Shown: positions 15,589 through 28,586 of the stretch, piece after piece | How the letters are laid out: every line of letters starts with the position of its first letter | Position numbering within the stretch: the stretch's first letter is position 1 | From: Escherichia coli | Lineage (GTDB): Bacteria > Pseudomonadota > Gammaproteobacteria > Enterobacterales > Enterobacteriaceae | Strand: one strand, 5' to 3' | Length of the DNA stretch: 64,000 nt | NCBI RefSeq assembly: GCF_030013205.1 | Contig: NZ_CP122648.1 | Position numbers and translations under genes: made by a program | The notes under the pieces: model-generated | Told to the model about the DNA's origin: nothing | What the model saw: only the letters and a program-made list of their open reading frames with translations | Database searches by the model: none

Positions 15589-16696
15589 AACCGATGTTCC
15601 GGGATTGTCTCCATATTTTGACAAAAGAAATAACAAAGTTTACTGGCGTTACAGGCATCCCATAACAGGCAAAAATCACGGTCTCGGCAGTATTGACCAG
15701 AAACTGGCAGAAACTATTGCAGCAGAAGCGAACAGCCGTCTTGCCAGGCAGCAAATGGAACAAATGCTCAGTCTGCAGGAGAAAATTATTAGAGATACCG
15801 GCGGTTCATCAACTGTTTCCAGTTTTCTGAATAATTACAGAAAAATTCAACAGGAAAGATATGAAAACGGAGAAATCAAACTCAACACGCTGAAACAAAA
15901 AGCGGCCCCTCTCAGAGTATTTGATGAACGTTTTGGCACCAGACCGTTAGATGCCATAACCGTAAAGGATGTGGTATCGGTGCTGGAAGAGTACAAGACC
16001 AGAGGACATAACAGAATGGGACAAATTTTCAGGAAGGTACTGATCGATGTTTTCCGGGAAGCTCAGCAAACAGGCGATGTCCCGCCAGGCTTTAACCCTG
16101 CAGAATCGGCAAAAAAACCACAGGTGCGGATATCAAGACAGCGACTGACTTTTGATGAGTGGGTGATGATTTATAACGCAGCGGAAAAGGATGGTTACTT
16201 TTTACAGCGCGGTATGCTGCTGGCACTGATGACAGGCCAGCGCCTTTCAGATATTTGCAAAATGCAATTTTCGGATATCCGGGATGGTTATCTTCATGTC
16301 GAACAGCAAAAAACAGGAGCCCGGATTGCCATCCCTCTGGCTCTGCGCTGCGATAAATTAAATCTCACTCTGGATGATGTGGTGTCATCCTGTCGCGATT
16401 GCGTTCTTAGCCCGTGGCTATTGCACCACCATCACGCGAAAGGGACAGCTAAGCGCGGCGGGATGGTTAAACCAGCAACGTTAACCGTTGCATTTAAAAA
16501 AGCGCGGGATTCTGTGGATTACAACTGGCGTGCTAATGGCACCCCACCCTCTTTCCATGAGCAGAGATCTTTATCAGAAAGATTGTTCAGAGAACAGGGA
16601 ATTGATACCCAAATTTTGCTGGGTCATTCGAATCAAAAAATGACCGATATTTACAACGACGCACGCGGTAAGGAGTGGAAAAAACTGGTTATTTGA
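15566..16696 (+). CDS. int: phage integrase (tyrosine recombinase)
   Basis: 376-aa ORF with lambdoid integrase features, ending 45 bp from the ompW stop. Confidence 0.9.
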   Translation: MARPRKYKTDVPGLSPYFDKRNNKVYWRYRHPITGKNHGLGSIDQKLAETIAAEANSRLARQQMEQMLSLQEKIIRDTGGSSTVSSFLNNYRKIQQERYENGEIKLNTLKQKAAPLRVFDERFGTRPLDAITVKDVVSVLEEYKTRGHNRMGQIFRKVLIDVFREAQQTGDVPPGFNPAESAKKPQVRISRQRLTFDEWVMIYNAAEKDGYFLQRGMLLALMTGQRLSDICKMQFSDIRDGYLHVEQQKTGARIAIPLALRCDKLNLTLDDVVSSCRDCVLSPWLLHHHHAKGTAKRGGMVKPATLTVAFKKARDSVDYNWRANGTPPSFHEQRSLSERLFREQGIDTQILLGHSNQKMTDIYNDARGKEWKKLVI

Positions 16697-16737
16697 TAAC
16701 CAGTTTTGCAGAAGAGTTTTGCAGAGGTTTTGCAGAG
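16681..16737. repeat. prophage-chromosome junction: hairpin plus three tandem GTTTTGCAGA copies
   Basis: Inverted repeat AAAACTGGTTAT-TTG-ATAACCAGTTTT (16681-16707) and GTTTTGCAGA at 16703, 16716 and 16727, between the int and ompW stops. Confidence 0.5.
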
Positions 16738-16741
16738 AAAA

Positions 16742-17380
16742 TTAGAAGCGGTATCCGGCAGAGAACATAAACCCCCAAGGATCCAGTCGTACCGCGTCTT
16801 TCACGGGGGTTCCATTAAATTTATAGCTGGCGGTGGTATCGATATCCATGTACCACACTGACATGTTAACCAACCAGTCACGGTTAATCAGATAATCAAC
16901 CCCCACCTGCCCGGCAGCTCCCCAGGAATCTTTCAGACTGAGATCGGAAAGCCCCGCCTCTTTGCCATGATCGTTAAATCCATTATCAAAGAAGGTGGTG
17001 TAGTTAATACCTGCCCCAACGTAAGGACGGAATTTGCTGCTGGCATCACCAAAATACCACTGCGCCATCAGTGTTGGCGGCAGATGATGAACGGTTGCAA
17101 TATCGCCGGTCGCCCGGGTGCCGATTTTATGGCGGAACGGCGTCGCTGCCAGCAATTCCACACCAATGTTATCGGTCGCCATATAAGTAAACGTCAGGCC
17201 CAGTTGCGTGTTATTGGTCACGCTGAATCCACCCAGACTTCCTAACGTACCACCAGCACCTTCTGTTGGACGTACGGTTGCAGAACCTGCACGCATAAAA
17301 AATTCGCCTGCTTCATGCGCAAAGGCACTGCCAGAGAGAAGAGTTGTTACTGCCAAAGCCGCCACTGTTAACTTTTTCAT
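16742..17380 (-). CDS. ompW: outer membrane protein W
   Basis: 212-aa translation matches E. coli OmpW as I recall it. Confidence 0.95.
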   Translation of the reverse strand: MKKLTVAALAVTTLLSGSAFAHEAGEFFMRAGSATVRPTEGAGGTLGSLGGFSVTNNTQLGLTFTYMATDNIGVELLAATPFRHKIGTRATGDIATVHHLPPTLMAQWYFGDASSKFRPYVGAGINYTTFFDNGFNDHGKEAGLSDLSLKDSWGAAGQVGVDYLINRDWLVNMSVWYMDIDTTASYKFNGTPVKDAVRLDPWGFMFSAGYRF

Positions 17381-17736
17381 ATCCGCTCCGTCGTTATGGT
17401 TATAAAAACGTGACGAATATACCTACATTGGAGTAACAAATGATCCTACATAGATCACATTACATATGATAATTCACCATTTATTGATCTGGATTAATTT
17501 ATAAGTTGCATTGAGAATCCTGGTTAATGTGATTTAAATCAATTTTTAAATATTTTCGCTACGCAAATATTAACTCGACCGCCACTTGCCGCGATTTGCC
17601 CACGTCTGAAGGCCAGCAATTACCTCCGCTTTACAAAGATATGCTTTTCCATACAAGACCTGATGCTGCCACCCGAGGCTTAACCAGGGTACAATTGCCC
17701 GCTAATTAACACCTGCATAAAACTCAAGGAGAGTGC

Positions 17737-18480
17737 ATGTCTATCACGGCGCAGTCCGTATACCGTGACACCGGAAATTTCTTCCGTAATCAATTTATGA
17801 CCATTCTGTTGGTATCGTTGCTATGTGCGTTTATCACAGTGGTGTTAGGGCATGTTTTCTCACCCAGTGATGCACAGCTTGCGCAGCTCAATGACGGCGT
17901 GCCCGTTAGCGGCAGTAGTGGGTTGTTCGACCTGGTTCAGAATATGTCACCGGAACAGCAACAAATTTTGCTGCAGGCTTCAGCGGCGTCCACTTTTTCA
18001 GGATTAATCGGTAACGCCATTCTCGCCGGAGGCGTAATATTAATTATCCAGCTGGTGTCTGCGGGTCAGAGAGTCAGTGCGCTGCGAGCTATTGGTGCCA
18101 GTGCGCCGATATTGCCCAAGTTATTTATTCTGATTTTTCTGACTACCCTTTTAGTACAGATTGGCATCATGCTGGTGGTCGTTCCGGGAATTATCATGGC
18201 CATTTTATTGGCCCTGGCACCGGTGATGTTGGTACAGGACAAAATGGGCATTTTTGCCTCGATGCGTAGCAGCATGCGCCTGACCTGGGCGAATATGCGT
18301 CTGGTGGCACCCGCAGTACTGAGCTGGTTGCTGGCAAAGACACTGTTGCTGCTTTTTGCCTCTTCTTTTGCCGCATTAACCCCGGAAATTGGTGCCGTAC
18401 TGGCGAACACCTTGAGCAACCTGATTTCAGCCGTACTGCTCATCTATCTGTTCCGCCTGTATATGTTGATTCGCCAATAA
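17737..18480 (+). CDS. yciC: inner membrane protein YciC
   Basis: 247-aa membrane protein; synteny with ompW and yciB. Confidence 0.9.
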   Translation: MSITAQSVYRDTGNFFRNQFMTILLVSLLCAFITVVLGHVFSPSDAQLAQLNDGVPVSGSSGLFDLVQNMSPEQQQILLQASAASTFSGLIGNAILAGGVILIIQLVSAGQRVSALRAIGASAPILPKLFILIFLTTLLVQIGIMLVVVPGIIMAILLALAPVMLVQDKMGIFASMRSSMRLTWANMRLVAPAVLSWLLAKTLLLLFASSFAALTPEIGAVLANTLSNLISAVLLIYLFRLYMLIRQ

Positions 18481-18509
18481 CCTTAAGCATTTGATTACGG
18501 AATCGTAAA

Positions 18510-19049
18510 ATGAAGCAGTTTCTTGATTTTTTACCGCTGGTTGTCTTTTTCGCGTTTTACAAGATTTATGACATCTATGCGGCTACTGCGGCGCTGATCG
18601 TCGCCACGGCGATTGTGCTTATATATAGCTGGGTTCGCTTTCGTAAGGTTGAGAAGATGGCCCTGATCACTTTTGTTCTGGTGGTCGTCTTCGGTGGCTT
18701 GACGCTGTTCTTCCACAATGATGAGTTTATTAAATGGAAGGTTACAGTCATTTATGCTCTGTTTGCGGGAGCCCTGTTAGTCAGCCAATGGGTGATGAAA
18801 AAGCCGCTAATTCAGCGGATGCTGGGTAAAGAACTCACGCTGCCGCAACCGGTATGGTCGAAGCTGAATCTGGCCTGGGCTGTTTTCTTTATCCTTTGCG
18901 GTCTGGCAAACATCTACATCGCATTCTGGCTGCCGCAAAATATTTGGGTCAACTTTAAAGTCTTTGGCCTGACCGCCCTTACCTTAATCTTCACATTGTT
19001 AAGCGGTATCTATATCTACCGCCACATGCCGCAGGAAGATAAATCCTAA
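18510..19049 (+). CDS. yciB: intracellular septation protein YciB (IspZ)
   Basis: 179-aa membrane protein; synteny. Confidence 0.9.
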   Translation: MKQFLDFLPLVVFFAFYKIYDIYAATAALIVATAIVLIYSWVRFRKVEKMALITFVLVVVFGGLTLFFHNDEFIKWKVTVIYALFAGALLVSQWVMKKPLIQRMLGKELTLPQPVWSKLNLAWAVFFILCGLANIYIAFWLPQNIWVNFKVFGLTALTLIFTLLSGIYIYRHMPQEDKS

Positions 19050-19153
19050 CCAGACTGCCAGTCCTTCGGGGCTGGCGCTGTATCTCCTCTGTTCTCCTCA
19101 GGAAAATCATAGTAGCATCGCGCCTGTGATTTTCCTTTTAAGTCGGTTTTACC

Positions 19154-19552
19154 ATGTCTACAACACATAACGTCCCTCAGGGCGATCTTGTTTTACGTAC
19201 TTTAGCCATGCCCGCCGATACCAATGCCAATGGTGACATCTTTGGTGGTTGGTTAATGTCACAAATGGATATTGGCGGCGCTATTCTGGCGAAAGAAATT
19301 GCCCACGGTCGCGTAGTGACTGTGCGGGTTGAAGGAATGACTTTCTTACGGCCAGTTGCGGTCGGCGATGTGGTGTGCTGCTATGCACGCTGTATCCAGA
19401 AAGGGACGACATCGGTCAGCATTAATATTGAAGTGTGGGTGAAAAAAGTAGCGTCTGAACCCATCGGGCAACGCTATAAAGCGACAGAAGCATTATTTAA
19501 GTATGTCGCGGTTGATCCTGAAGGAAAACCTCGCGCCTTACCTGTTGAGTAA
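19154..19552 (+). CDS. yciA: acyl-CoA thioesterase YciA
   Basis: 132-aa hotdog-fold-like ORF; synteny. Confidence 0.9.
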   Translation: MSTTHNVPQGDLVLRTLAMPADTNANGDIFGGWLMSQMDIGGAILAKEIAHGRVVTVRVEGMTFLRPVAVGDVVCCYARCIQKGTTSVSINIEVWVKKVASEPIGQRYKATEALFKYVAVDPEGKPRALPVE

Positions 19553-19557
19553 TAGTC

Positions 19558-19581
19558 AAAAGCCTCCGGTCGGAGGCTTTT
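19558..19581. terminator. bidirectional terminator between yciA and tonB
   Basis: AAAGCCTCCG-GT-CGGAGGCTTTT hairpin flanked by A/T runs. Confidence 0.7.
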
Positions 19582-19591
19582 GACTTTCTGC

Positions 19592-20311
19592 TTACTGAAT
19601 TTCGGTGGTGCCGTTAATTTTAAACAGGATATTCACCACAATCCCACTGCCTGGCTTACCCGGCTCATAACGCCATCTGCGCATCGCATTTTTCACCTCA
19701 CGCTCAAACATGTTCGCAGGTTTGGCTGAGAGGATTTGTACGTTATCCACGCGACCATCCGGCGTGACGTCAAATTTAACTTTAACCTGCCCTTCAATGC
19801 GCAATGCCTGTGCTCGTGCCGGATACTGCGGCTGATTACGGCTTAATGCGCGTGGTCCTGAAGCCACACTGGTAACCGGCTTGCTGGTTGCAGCCGTCGC
19901 CGTACTTGATGTCGGGCGCGCGGGTGCCGTATTTTCAAACGGTGATGCCGGACGCGACTCTACGGGTTTGACATCGCTTTTTGGCTGCTCCTGTACCTTT
20001 TTCACCGGCTTCGGTTTTGGCTTAGGTTTCGGCTTCGGCTTTTCAATGACCACCGGTGCTTCTTTTGGCGGTTCGGGGATCGGCTCAGGTTCCGGTTCTG
20101 GCTCTACCACCGGCTCCTGTGGCGGCTGAACGGCTTGTGGCGGTTCGAGATCCGCAGGCGCAACCATCGTGACAGAAATTGGCTGCGCAGGCGCAGGTAG
20201 TTCAATAACCTGATGTACCGAGGTATAGAGCAGACCCGCCACAACAGCACCATGAATGCAGACCGAAAGTAACGTCGGCCAGGGGAAGCGGCGAGGTAAA
20301 TCAAGGGTCAT
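19592..20311 (-). CDS. tonB: TonB energy transducer
   Basis: [21 protein letters not shown]..., Pro-rich EP/KP repeats; start taken at the internal Met of the track ORF. Confidence 0.95.
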   Translation of the reverse strand: MTLDLPRRFPWPTLLSVCIHGAVVAGLLYTSVHQVIELPAPAQPISVTMVAPADLEPPQAVQPPQEPVVEPEPEPEPIPEPPKEAPVVIEKPKPKPKPKPKPVKKVQEQPKSDVKPVESRPASPFENTAPARPTSSTATAATSKPVTSVASGPRALSRNQPQYPARAQALRIEGQVKVKFDVTPDGRVDNVQILSAKPANMFEREVKNAMRRWRYEPGKPGSGIVVNILFKINGTTEIQ

Positions 20312-20534
20312 TGAAGTCATAATCATTTCAGTAGAAAAACCAGGCCTCGATTTTAAATGCAAATAGCAATCATATTCAATAAGGCAAGACGATCAGGATC
20401 AGTGAAAATGTCATTTTTGGCGTAATTGACCTTACTTTTTAAATGGTCTTAACAAAGACATCATCTTTCCGTTGCAGATCTTCGCCCTTTCAAATAACGT
20501 ACTTTACAACTTTCCCGAACAAGGAGTTGTGCCC

Positions 20535-20831
20535 GTGTTGTATGTTATTTACGCTCAAGACAAAGCTGATAGCCTCGAAAAACGCCTTTCCGTTCGTCCG
20601 GCACATTTAGCACGTTTACAGTTACTGCATGATGAAGGTCGTTTGTTGACCGCCGGTCCAATGCCAGCGGTAGACAGTAACGATCCAGGGGCTGCGGGAT
20701 TTACTGGCTCAACCGTTATTGCTGAATTTGAATCGCTGGAAGCAGCTCAGGCCTGGGCCGATGCTGACCCGTACGTAGCGGCAGGAGTCTATGAACACGT
20801 TTCAGTGAAACCATTTAAGAAAGTGTTCTGA
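20535..20831 (+). CDS. yciI: YciI-like protein
   Basis: Matches YciI from [11 protein letters not shown]...; GTG/TTG start assumed. Confidence 0.8.
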
Positions 20832-21130
20832 ATAGAGATTCAATATTTAAGGGCACGGTTTTAGCAACCGTGTTCTTGTTTGGCCTTTCCTTATAGGTCG
20901 GTCAGTGCATTCACCCCACAAGCAGATAATAACTTTATCTGTATTTCTTTATATGATGTGAGCATATTCAGGAAAAATGCCCTTTCCTGACGCAGAGTTG
21001 CTCACTCAAAACCTTTGATTACTGCGGATAAAGTCATCTACTATTGTTTAACACATTCACGCGCTGCATGTATGTTCAGAAAATGTGCACGCTAAGATAA
21101 TTAAACAAAATTGTGGTTACAGAGGTATCA

Positions 21131-22384
21131 GTGAGTCACTGGGCTACATTCAAACAAACAGCAACTAATTTATGGGTGACCCTACGGCACGACATTCTCG
21201 CGCTGGCCGTCTTTTTAAATGGATTGCTTATTTTTAAAACAATCTATGGTATGTCGGTCAATTTGCTTGATATTTTCCATATCAAAGCATTTTCAGAGTT
21301 GGATCTCTCCTTGCTGGCAAACGCCCCACTCTTTATGCTCGGCGTCTTTCTTGTCCTGAACTCCATTGGCTTACTGTTCCGGGCAAAGCTGGCATGGGCA
21401 ATCAGTATCATTTTGTTGTTGATAGCGCTAATTTACACCCTGCATTTTTATCCCTGGCTGAAATTTAGTATTGGATTTTGCATTTTTACGCTGGTGTTTT
21501 TGCTGATACTGCGCAAAGACTTCTCCCACAGTAGCGCCGCAGCCGGGACAATTTTCGCATTTATTAGTTTCACGACGTTACTGTTTTACTCCACCTACGG
21601 TGCGCTTTATTTAAGCGAAGGTTTTAATCCGCGAATAGAAAGTTTGATGACCGCGTTCTATTTTTCGATAGAAACCATGTCAACCGTCGGCTATGGCGAT
21701 ATTGTCCCTGTTTCTGAATCAGCACGATTGTTCACTATTTCGGTCATTATTTCCGGCATTACCGTTTTTGCCACCTCCATGACTTCAATTTTTGGTCCGC
21801 TTATCCGCGGGGGATTCAACAAACTTGTAAAAGGAAACAATCATACAATGCATCGTAAAGATCATTTTATTGTTTGCGGACATTCGATTCTCGCCATCAA
21901 TACGATTCTGCAACTGAATCAACGCGGACAAAACGTAACGGTTATCAGCAATTTGCCTGAAGATGATATCAAGCAACTTGAGCAACGCTTAGGTGATAAC
22001 GCTGATGTTATCCCCGGTGACAGTAATGACAGTTCAGTATTAAAGAAAGCAGGAATCGATCGATGCCGGGCCATTCTGGCGCTGAGTGATAACGATGCAG
22101 ATAACGCGTTTGTTGTACTCTCGGCAAAAGATATGAGCAGTGATGTCAAAACAGTTCTCGCCGTCAGTGATAGCAAAAACCTGAATAAGATTAAGATGGT
22201 ACATCCGGATATCATTCTCTCACCGCAACTGTTTGGCAGCGAAATTCTGGCGCGAGTTTTAAATGGTGAAGAGATTAATAATGATATGCTCGTTTCAATG
22301 TTGTTGAACTCCGGTCATGGTATTTTCAGCGATAACGATGAACAAGAAACGAAAGCTGACAATAAAGAATCGGCGCAAAAATAG
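21131..22384 (+). CDS. kch: voltage-gated potassium channel Kch
   Basis: TVGYGD selectivity filter and C-terminal RCK/TrkA-like domain; GTG start assumed. Confidence 0.9.
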   Translation: MSHWATFKQTATNLWVTLRHDILALAVFLNGLLIFKTIYGMSVNLLDIFHIKAFSELDLSLLANAPLFMLGVFLVLNSIGLLFRAKLAWAISIILLLIALIYTLHFYPWLKFSIGFCIFTLVFLLILRKDFSHSSAAAGTIFAFISFTTLLFYSTYGALYLSEGFNPRIESLMTAFYFSIETMSTVGYGDIVPVSESARLFTISVIISGITVFATSMTSIFGPLIRGGFNKLVKGNNHTMHRKDHFIVCGHSILAINTILQLNQRGQNVTVISNLPEDDIKQLEQRLGDNADVIPGDSNDSSVLKKAGIDRCRAILALSDNDADNAFVVLSAKDMSSDVKTVLAVSDSKNLNKIKMVHPDIILSPQLFGSEILARVLNGEEINNDMLVSMLLNSGHGIFSDNDEQETKADNKESAQK

Positions 22385-22754
22385 ACTTTAAAGACGGAAG
22401 AGTAAACTTATTGGGCACCGCAATGGTGCCCAGTACATTTAGATATTGTAGATCGCAAACAATAACGAGTTACGCTGTTTGTTTAGAATGCACTTCCTGA
22501 TGCTGTGGATACGCATATTTCGGCGCGACTGCCCCTCAAGCCAACGCGATTTACGTCGGCTAGCCTGACGCTGCATGCGCCAGCGCCCCACTTCCGTTCT
22601 ACTCCGCTTCATGTTAACTACTCTATGCAATAACAGAATGGTCATTATACCCCCGCCCCCGACGCTGACCAGTGCTTTTCCCGCGTTTTTATTTGCCAGA
22701 TGAATCCATATGCGTAAACTCATAACAATGCGCTTTCAAAAGGATTTCTAATCT

Positions 22755-24579
<1,825 letters not shown>

Positions 24580-24631
24580 ATAATCGCTTTCGGCGTGAAA
24601 AAGGGCTGACAACTGTCAGCCCTTATTGTGT

Positions 24632-25636
24632 TTAAAGCGGATCGACTTTCAGGCAAGAAACGGCGTGTCTGAAACTCCCCTCCAGAACAGGACGTGTTTT
24701 GGCGCACTCCGGACCGGCAATCGGGCAACGGGTACGGAAAACACAACCGGAAGGCGGGTTGATCGGCGACGGTAATTCCCCTTCCAGTAACTGGATGGTT
24801 TTGTTCTTCTCCAGATCCGGATCAGGTATGGGGACTGCCGACATCAATGCCCGGGTGTAAGGATGTAGTGGATTGTGGTAGACCTCATCATAGGTCCCCA
24901 GTTCTACCGCATGGCCGAGATACATCACCAGCACACGATCGGAAATGTGTTTTACCACGGCCAGGTCGTGAGCGATAAAAATTAATGACAATCCCATCTC
25001 GCGTTGCAGCTGCTGGAGCAGGTTGACCACCTGCGCCTGAATTGACACGTCCAGCGCCGACACCGGCTCATCACAGATAATCAGCTTCGGTTCAAGAATA
25101 AGAGCACGAGCAATCCCGATACGCTGGCACTGCCCACCAGAGAACTCATGCGGATAGCGGTTAATCAGGTTAGGCAATAACCCGACTTTCAGCATCATCG
25201 CCTTCACGCGCTCGCGAACTTCCTGGCGTGACATTTTCGGATGATAAGTACGCAGTGGTTCAGCGATGATCTCGCCGATGGTCATACGCGGGTTAAGCGA
25301 TGCCAACGGATCCTGGAAAATCATCTGAATATCACTGCGAACGGCACGCCATTCATCGGGCTTCATGCCCAGCAACTCTTTACCTAACCAGGCAACATGA
25401 CCGTCGGTCGCCTTGACCAAACCGATGATGGCGCGAGCAAAGGTGGACTTACCGCATCCCGATTCCCCTACCACACCTAATGTTTCCCCTTCATACAGGC
25501 GAAGAGTGACACCATCGACGGCTTTGAGCGTTTTCGGCGGTTGCCAGAACCACTGTTTGCCATCTTTGATTTCAAAGTGCACTTTCAGATCGGCGATTTC
25601 AAGGAGGACTTTTCTTCCTTCAGTTACAGCATTCAT
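24632..25636 (-). CDS. oppF: oligopeptide ABC transporter ATPase OppF
   Basis: 334 aa with Walker A GESGCGKS; opp operon synteny. Confidence 0.95.
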   Translation of the reverse strand: MNAVTEGRKVLLEIADLKVHFEIKDGKQWFWQPPKTLKAVDGVTLRLYEGETLGVVGESGCGKSTFARAIIGLVKATDGHVAWLGKELLGMKPDEWRAVRSDIQMIFQDPLASLNPRMTIGEIIAEPLRTYHPKMSRQEVRERVKAMMLKVGLLPNLINRYPHEFSGGQCQRIGIARALILEPKLIICDEPVSALDVSIQAQVVNLLQQLQREMGLSLIFIAHDLAVVKHISDRVLVMYLGHAVELGTYDEVYHNPLHPYTRALMSAVPIPDPDLEKNKTIQLLEGELPSPINPPSGCVFRTRCPIAGPECAKTRPVLEGSFRHAVSCLKVDPL

Positions 25637-26646
25637 AACAGTTCCTCCACCGGTTTAAAGCAAGCACGCAGACGGCCAGGCGTAAACTCTTCCAGCGGCG
25701 GTGCGCTACTACAAATTTCCATCGCATGTGGACAACGTGGCTGGAACGGGCAACCTTTCGGTAATCGCAGCAAGTTTGGCGGATTACCCGGGATGGTCAA
25801 CATTGTTTCACCTTCCGCATCGAGACGCGGCACCGCGTTGAGCAAACCGATAGAATAAGGATGAACGGGTTGATAAAAGACATCGCGCGCATTGCCATAT
25901 TCCATCGTGCGCCCAGCGTACATTACCAGCACTTTGTCGCAGATCCCCGCCACCACGCCAAGATCGTGGGTGATCATAATGATGGCGGTATTAAATTCCC
26001 GCTTCAGTTCATTTAATAGCGTCATGATCTGCGCCTGTACGGTGACGTCCAGCGCAGTAGTGGGTTCATCCGCAATCAGCAGCTTAGGTCGACATAGCAA
26101 TGCCATCGCAATCATGACTCGCTGACGCATGCCACCAGAAAATTCATGCGGGTACATTTTCATGCGTTTACGTGCTTCCGGCATTTTTACCGCATCGAGC
26201 ATCCGCACCGACTCTTCAAACGCCTCAGCTTTGCTCATGTTCTTATGCAGCATCAGCACTTCCATCAACTGCTCACCGACGCGCATATAGGGATTCAACG
26301 AAGTCATTGGGTCCTGAAAAATCATTGAGATTTGTTCAGCACGCAGTTTATTGAGTTCACGCTCTGGCAAATTGAGGATTTCACGCCCATTGAAGGTTGC
26401 CGATCCGCCAATACGTCCGTTGGCAGCCAACAGGCCCATCAACGCAAATGCAGTTTGCGATTTACCCGAACCCGACTCACCTACAATGCCCAACGTTTCT
26501 CCGGCACGTAGGGAAAAATTCAAATCATTGACCGCCGTGACGTCGCCGTCCGGGGTACTAAAGGTGACACGCAAATCTTTCACGTTCAGCAGTGCGTCAG
26601 CCTGTTGTTGTGCGAGCGGCACAGTTGCAGTTTCAATTACGCTCAT
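25633..26646 (-). CDS. oppD: oligopeptide ABC transporter ATPase OppD
   Basis: 337 aa with Walker A GESGSGKS. Confidence 0.95.
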   Translation of the reverse strand: MSVIETATVPLAQQQADALLNVKDLRVTFSTPDGDVTAVNDLNFSLRAGETLGIVGESGSGKSQTAFALMGLLAANGRIGGSATFNGREILNLPERELNKLRAEQISMIFQDPMTSLNPYMRVGEQLMEVLMLHKNMSKAEAFEESVRMLDAVKMPEARKRMKMYPHEFSGGMRQRVMIAMALLCRPKLLIADEPTTALDVTVQAQIMTLLNELKREFNTAIIMITHDLGVVAGICDKVLVMYAGRTMEYGNARDVFYQPVHPYSIGLLNAVPRLDAEGETMLTIPGNPPNLLRLPKGCPFQPRCPHAMEICSSAPPLEEFTPGRLRACFKPVEELL

Positions 26647-26657
26647 GGCTGCACTCC

Positions 26658-27566
26658 TTAACGATCTTTCGGGTCGAGGGCATCACGCAAGCCATCGCCG
26701 ATAAAGTTGAAACAAAACAGTGTCACCACGAGGAATCCCGCTGGGAACAACAATAACCATGGAGAGACTTCCATCGAGTTCGCGCCATCACTCAGCAATG
26801 CACCCCAGCTGCTTAACGGCTCTTGCGTACCCAACCCCAGGAAGCTAAGGAAAGATTCAAAGAGGATCATGCTGGGCACCAGAAGTGATGCGTAGACCAC
26901 CACCACACCGAGTACATTCGGCACAATGTGGCGAATAACAATGCCCGACGTCGATACACCGCCAACTTGTGCCGCCTCAATAAACTCTTTGCGCTTCAGA
27001 CTCAGGGTTTGCCCACGCACAATACGAGCCATATCCAGCCAGGAAACCATGCCTATCGCCACGAAAATCAGCAGGATGTTTTGACCGAAAAAGGTCACCA
27101 GCAAAATGACGAAGAACATGAATGGGAAGGAGTTGAGGATTTCCAGCAGACGCATCATTACCGAATCCACTTTACCGCCCAGATAACCGGAAAGCGAACC
27201 ATAAAGTGTCCCGACGACCACAGCCACCAGTGCCGCAGCAACACCGACCATGAGTGAGATACGCCCGCCAATCGCAACACGCACAAGCAGGTCGCGACCG
27301 GATGAGTCAGTACCAAAGTAGTGACCGGACTCCATATCCGGGGCGCTGGACATCATCGCCCAGTCAGTATCGTCATAGGCAAACTGCGAAAGCATCGGTG
27401 CCAGGATGACAAATAACGCGATTAGCACCAGCACTATCAGACTGGCAACCGCCGCACGGTTATGCATAAAACGTCGACGTGCGTCCTGCCACAAGCTGCG
27501 CCCTTCGACCTCCAGCTTTTCACTGAAATTTTCCAGCGTCTCGCTGTTTTTCTTACTTAACATCAT
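26658..27566 (-). CDS. oppC: oligopeptide ABC transporter permease OppC
   Basis: 302-aa permease; synteny. Confidence 0.95.
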   Translation of the reverse strand: MMLSKKNSETLENFSEKLEVEGRSLWQDARRRFMHNRAAVASLIVLVLIALFVILAPMLSQFAYDDTDWAMMSSAPDMESGHYFGTDSSGRDLLVRVAIGGRISLMVGVAAALVAVVVGTLYGSLSGYLGGKVDSVMMRLLEILNSFPFMFFVILLVTFFGQNILLIFVAIGMVSWLDMARIVRGQTLSLKRKEFIEAAQVGGVSTSGIVIRHIVPNVLGVVVVYASLLVPSMILFESFLSFLGLGTQEPLSSWGALLSDGANSMEVSPWLLLFPAGFLVVTLFCFNFIGDGLRDALDPKDR

Positions 27567-27580
27567 CGCGAGCTCCAGTA

Positions 27581-28501
27581 TCAGTAACGGATTTTCGGGT
27601 CGATAACCGCATATAGCACATCGACAATGGCATTAAACAAAATGGTTAACGCGCCAACCAGAATGGTCAGACTTAACACTAAGGAATAGTCACGGTTCAA
27701 TGCGCCATTAACGAACAATTGCCCAATCCCCGGTAAACCATAAATGGTTTCGATAACCATAGAACCGGTAATAATGCCGACAAATGCGGGGCCCATATAG
27801 GAGAGCACGGGTAACAGAGCAGGTTTTAATGCGTGGCGTAAAATGATCCGCCGCATAGGTAACCCTTTCGCCCGGGCAGTACGAATAAAGTTGGAGTGTA
27901 AAACCTCAATCATAGAGCCACGGGTAATACGCGCAATACTGGCGATATAGGCGAGTGACAACGCCACCATCGGCAATATCATGAATTTAAGCGCCCCACC
28001 ATTCCAGCCACCGCCCGGCAGCCAATGCAAAATGATCGCAAATATCATGACTAATAATGGCGCAACCACAAAACTGGGGATAACAACCCCGGTCATTGCC
28101 AGCCCCATCACGGTATAGTCCCATTTGGTGTTTTGTTTTAATGCGGCAATAACGCCAGCACTAACACCCAGTATTACCGCAAGGAAAAATGCTGCGGCTC
28201 CCAGTTTGGCAGAAACGGGAAAACTGGATGCAACCAGGTCGTTGACCGAATAATCTTTATATTTAAACGATGGACCGAAATCGCCATGCGCCAGTTGTTT
28301 CAGGTAGCTGAAATACTGTGTCATGATCGGATCATTAAGATGATATTTCGCTTCGATATTGGCCATCACTTCTGGCGGTAAAGTACGTTCGCCGGTAAAA
28401 GGGCTTCCCGGCGCGAGGCGCATCATGAAGAACGAAATAGTAATAAGAATAAATAGCGTCGGAATCGCTTCCAGACAGCGACGTAGAATAAATTTTAACA
28501 T
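27581..28501 (-). CDS. oppB: oligopeptide ABC transporter permease OppB
   Basis: 306-aa permease; synteny. Confidence 0.95.
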   Translation of the reverse strand: MLKFILRRCLEAIPTLFILITISFFMMRLAPGSPFTGERTLPPEVMANIEAKYHLNDPIMTQYFSYLKQLAHGDFGPSFKYKDYSVNDLVASSFPVSAKLGAAAFFLAVILGVSAGVIAALKQNTKWDYTVMGLAMTGVVIPSFVVAPLLVMIFAIILHWLPGGGWNGGALKFMILPMVALSLAYIASIARITRGSMIEVLHSNFIRTARAKGLPMRRIILRHALKPALLPVLSYMGPAFVGIITGSMVIETIYGLPGIGQLFVNGALNRDYSLVLSLTILVGALTILFNAIVDVLYAVIDPKIRY

Positions 28502-28586
28502 TGCCCTACCTTCTGGCCTGTGCCTTCTGTAATGCGATAAAAATCAGACACCGTGGAGCAGGACACGCCTGCCCCACGTATTGCCA

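Noticed and set aside
19881-20129. Gly/Ser-rich 82-aa plus-strand ORF and repetitive DNA inside tonB
   Set aside because: This is the antisense of the known Pro-rich (EP)n/(KP)n spacer of TonB, not a separate gene or a novel repeat.
22439-22723. 94-aa minus-strand ORF between kch and clsA
   Set aside because: Arg-rich low-complexity translation in an intergenic promoter region; no recognisable family or RBS; likely spurious.
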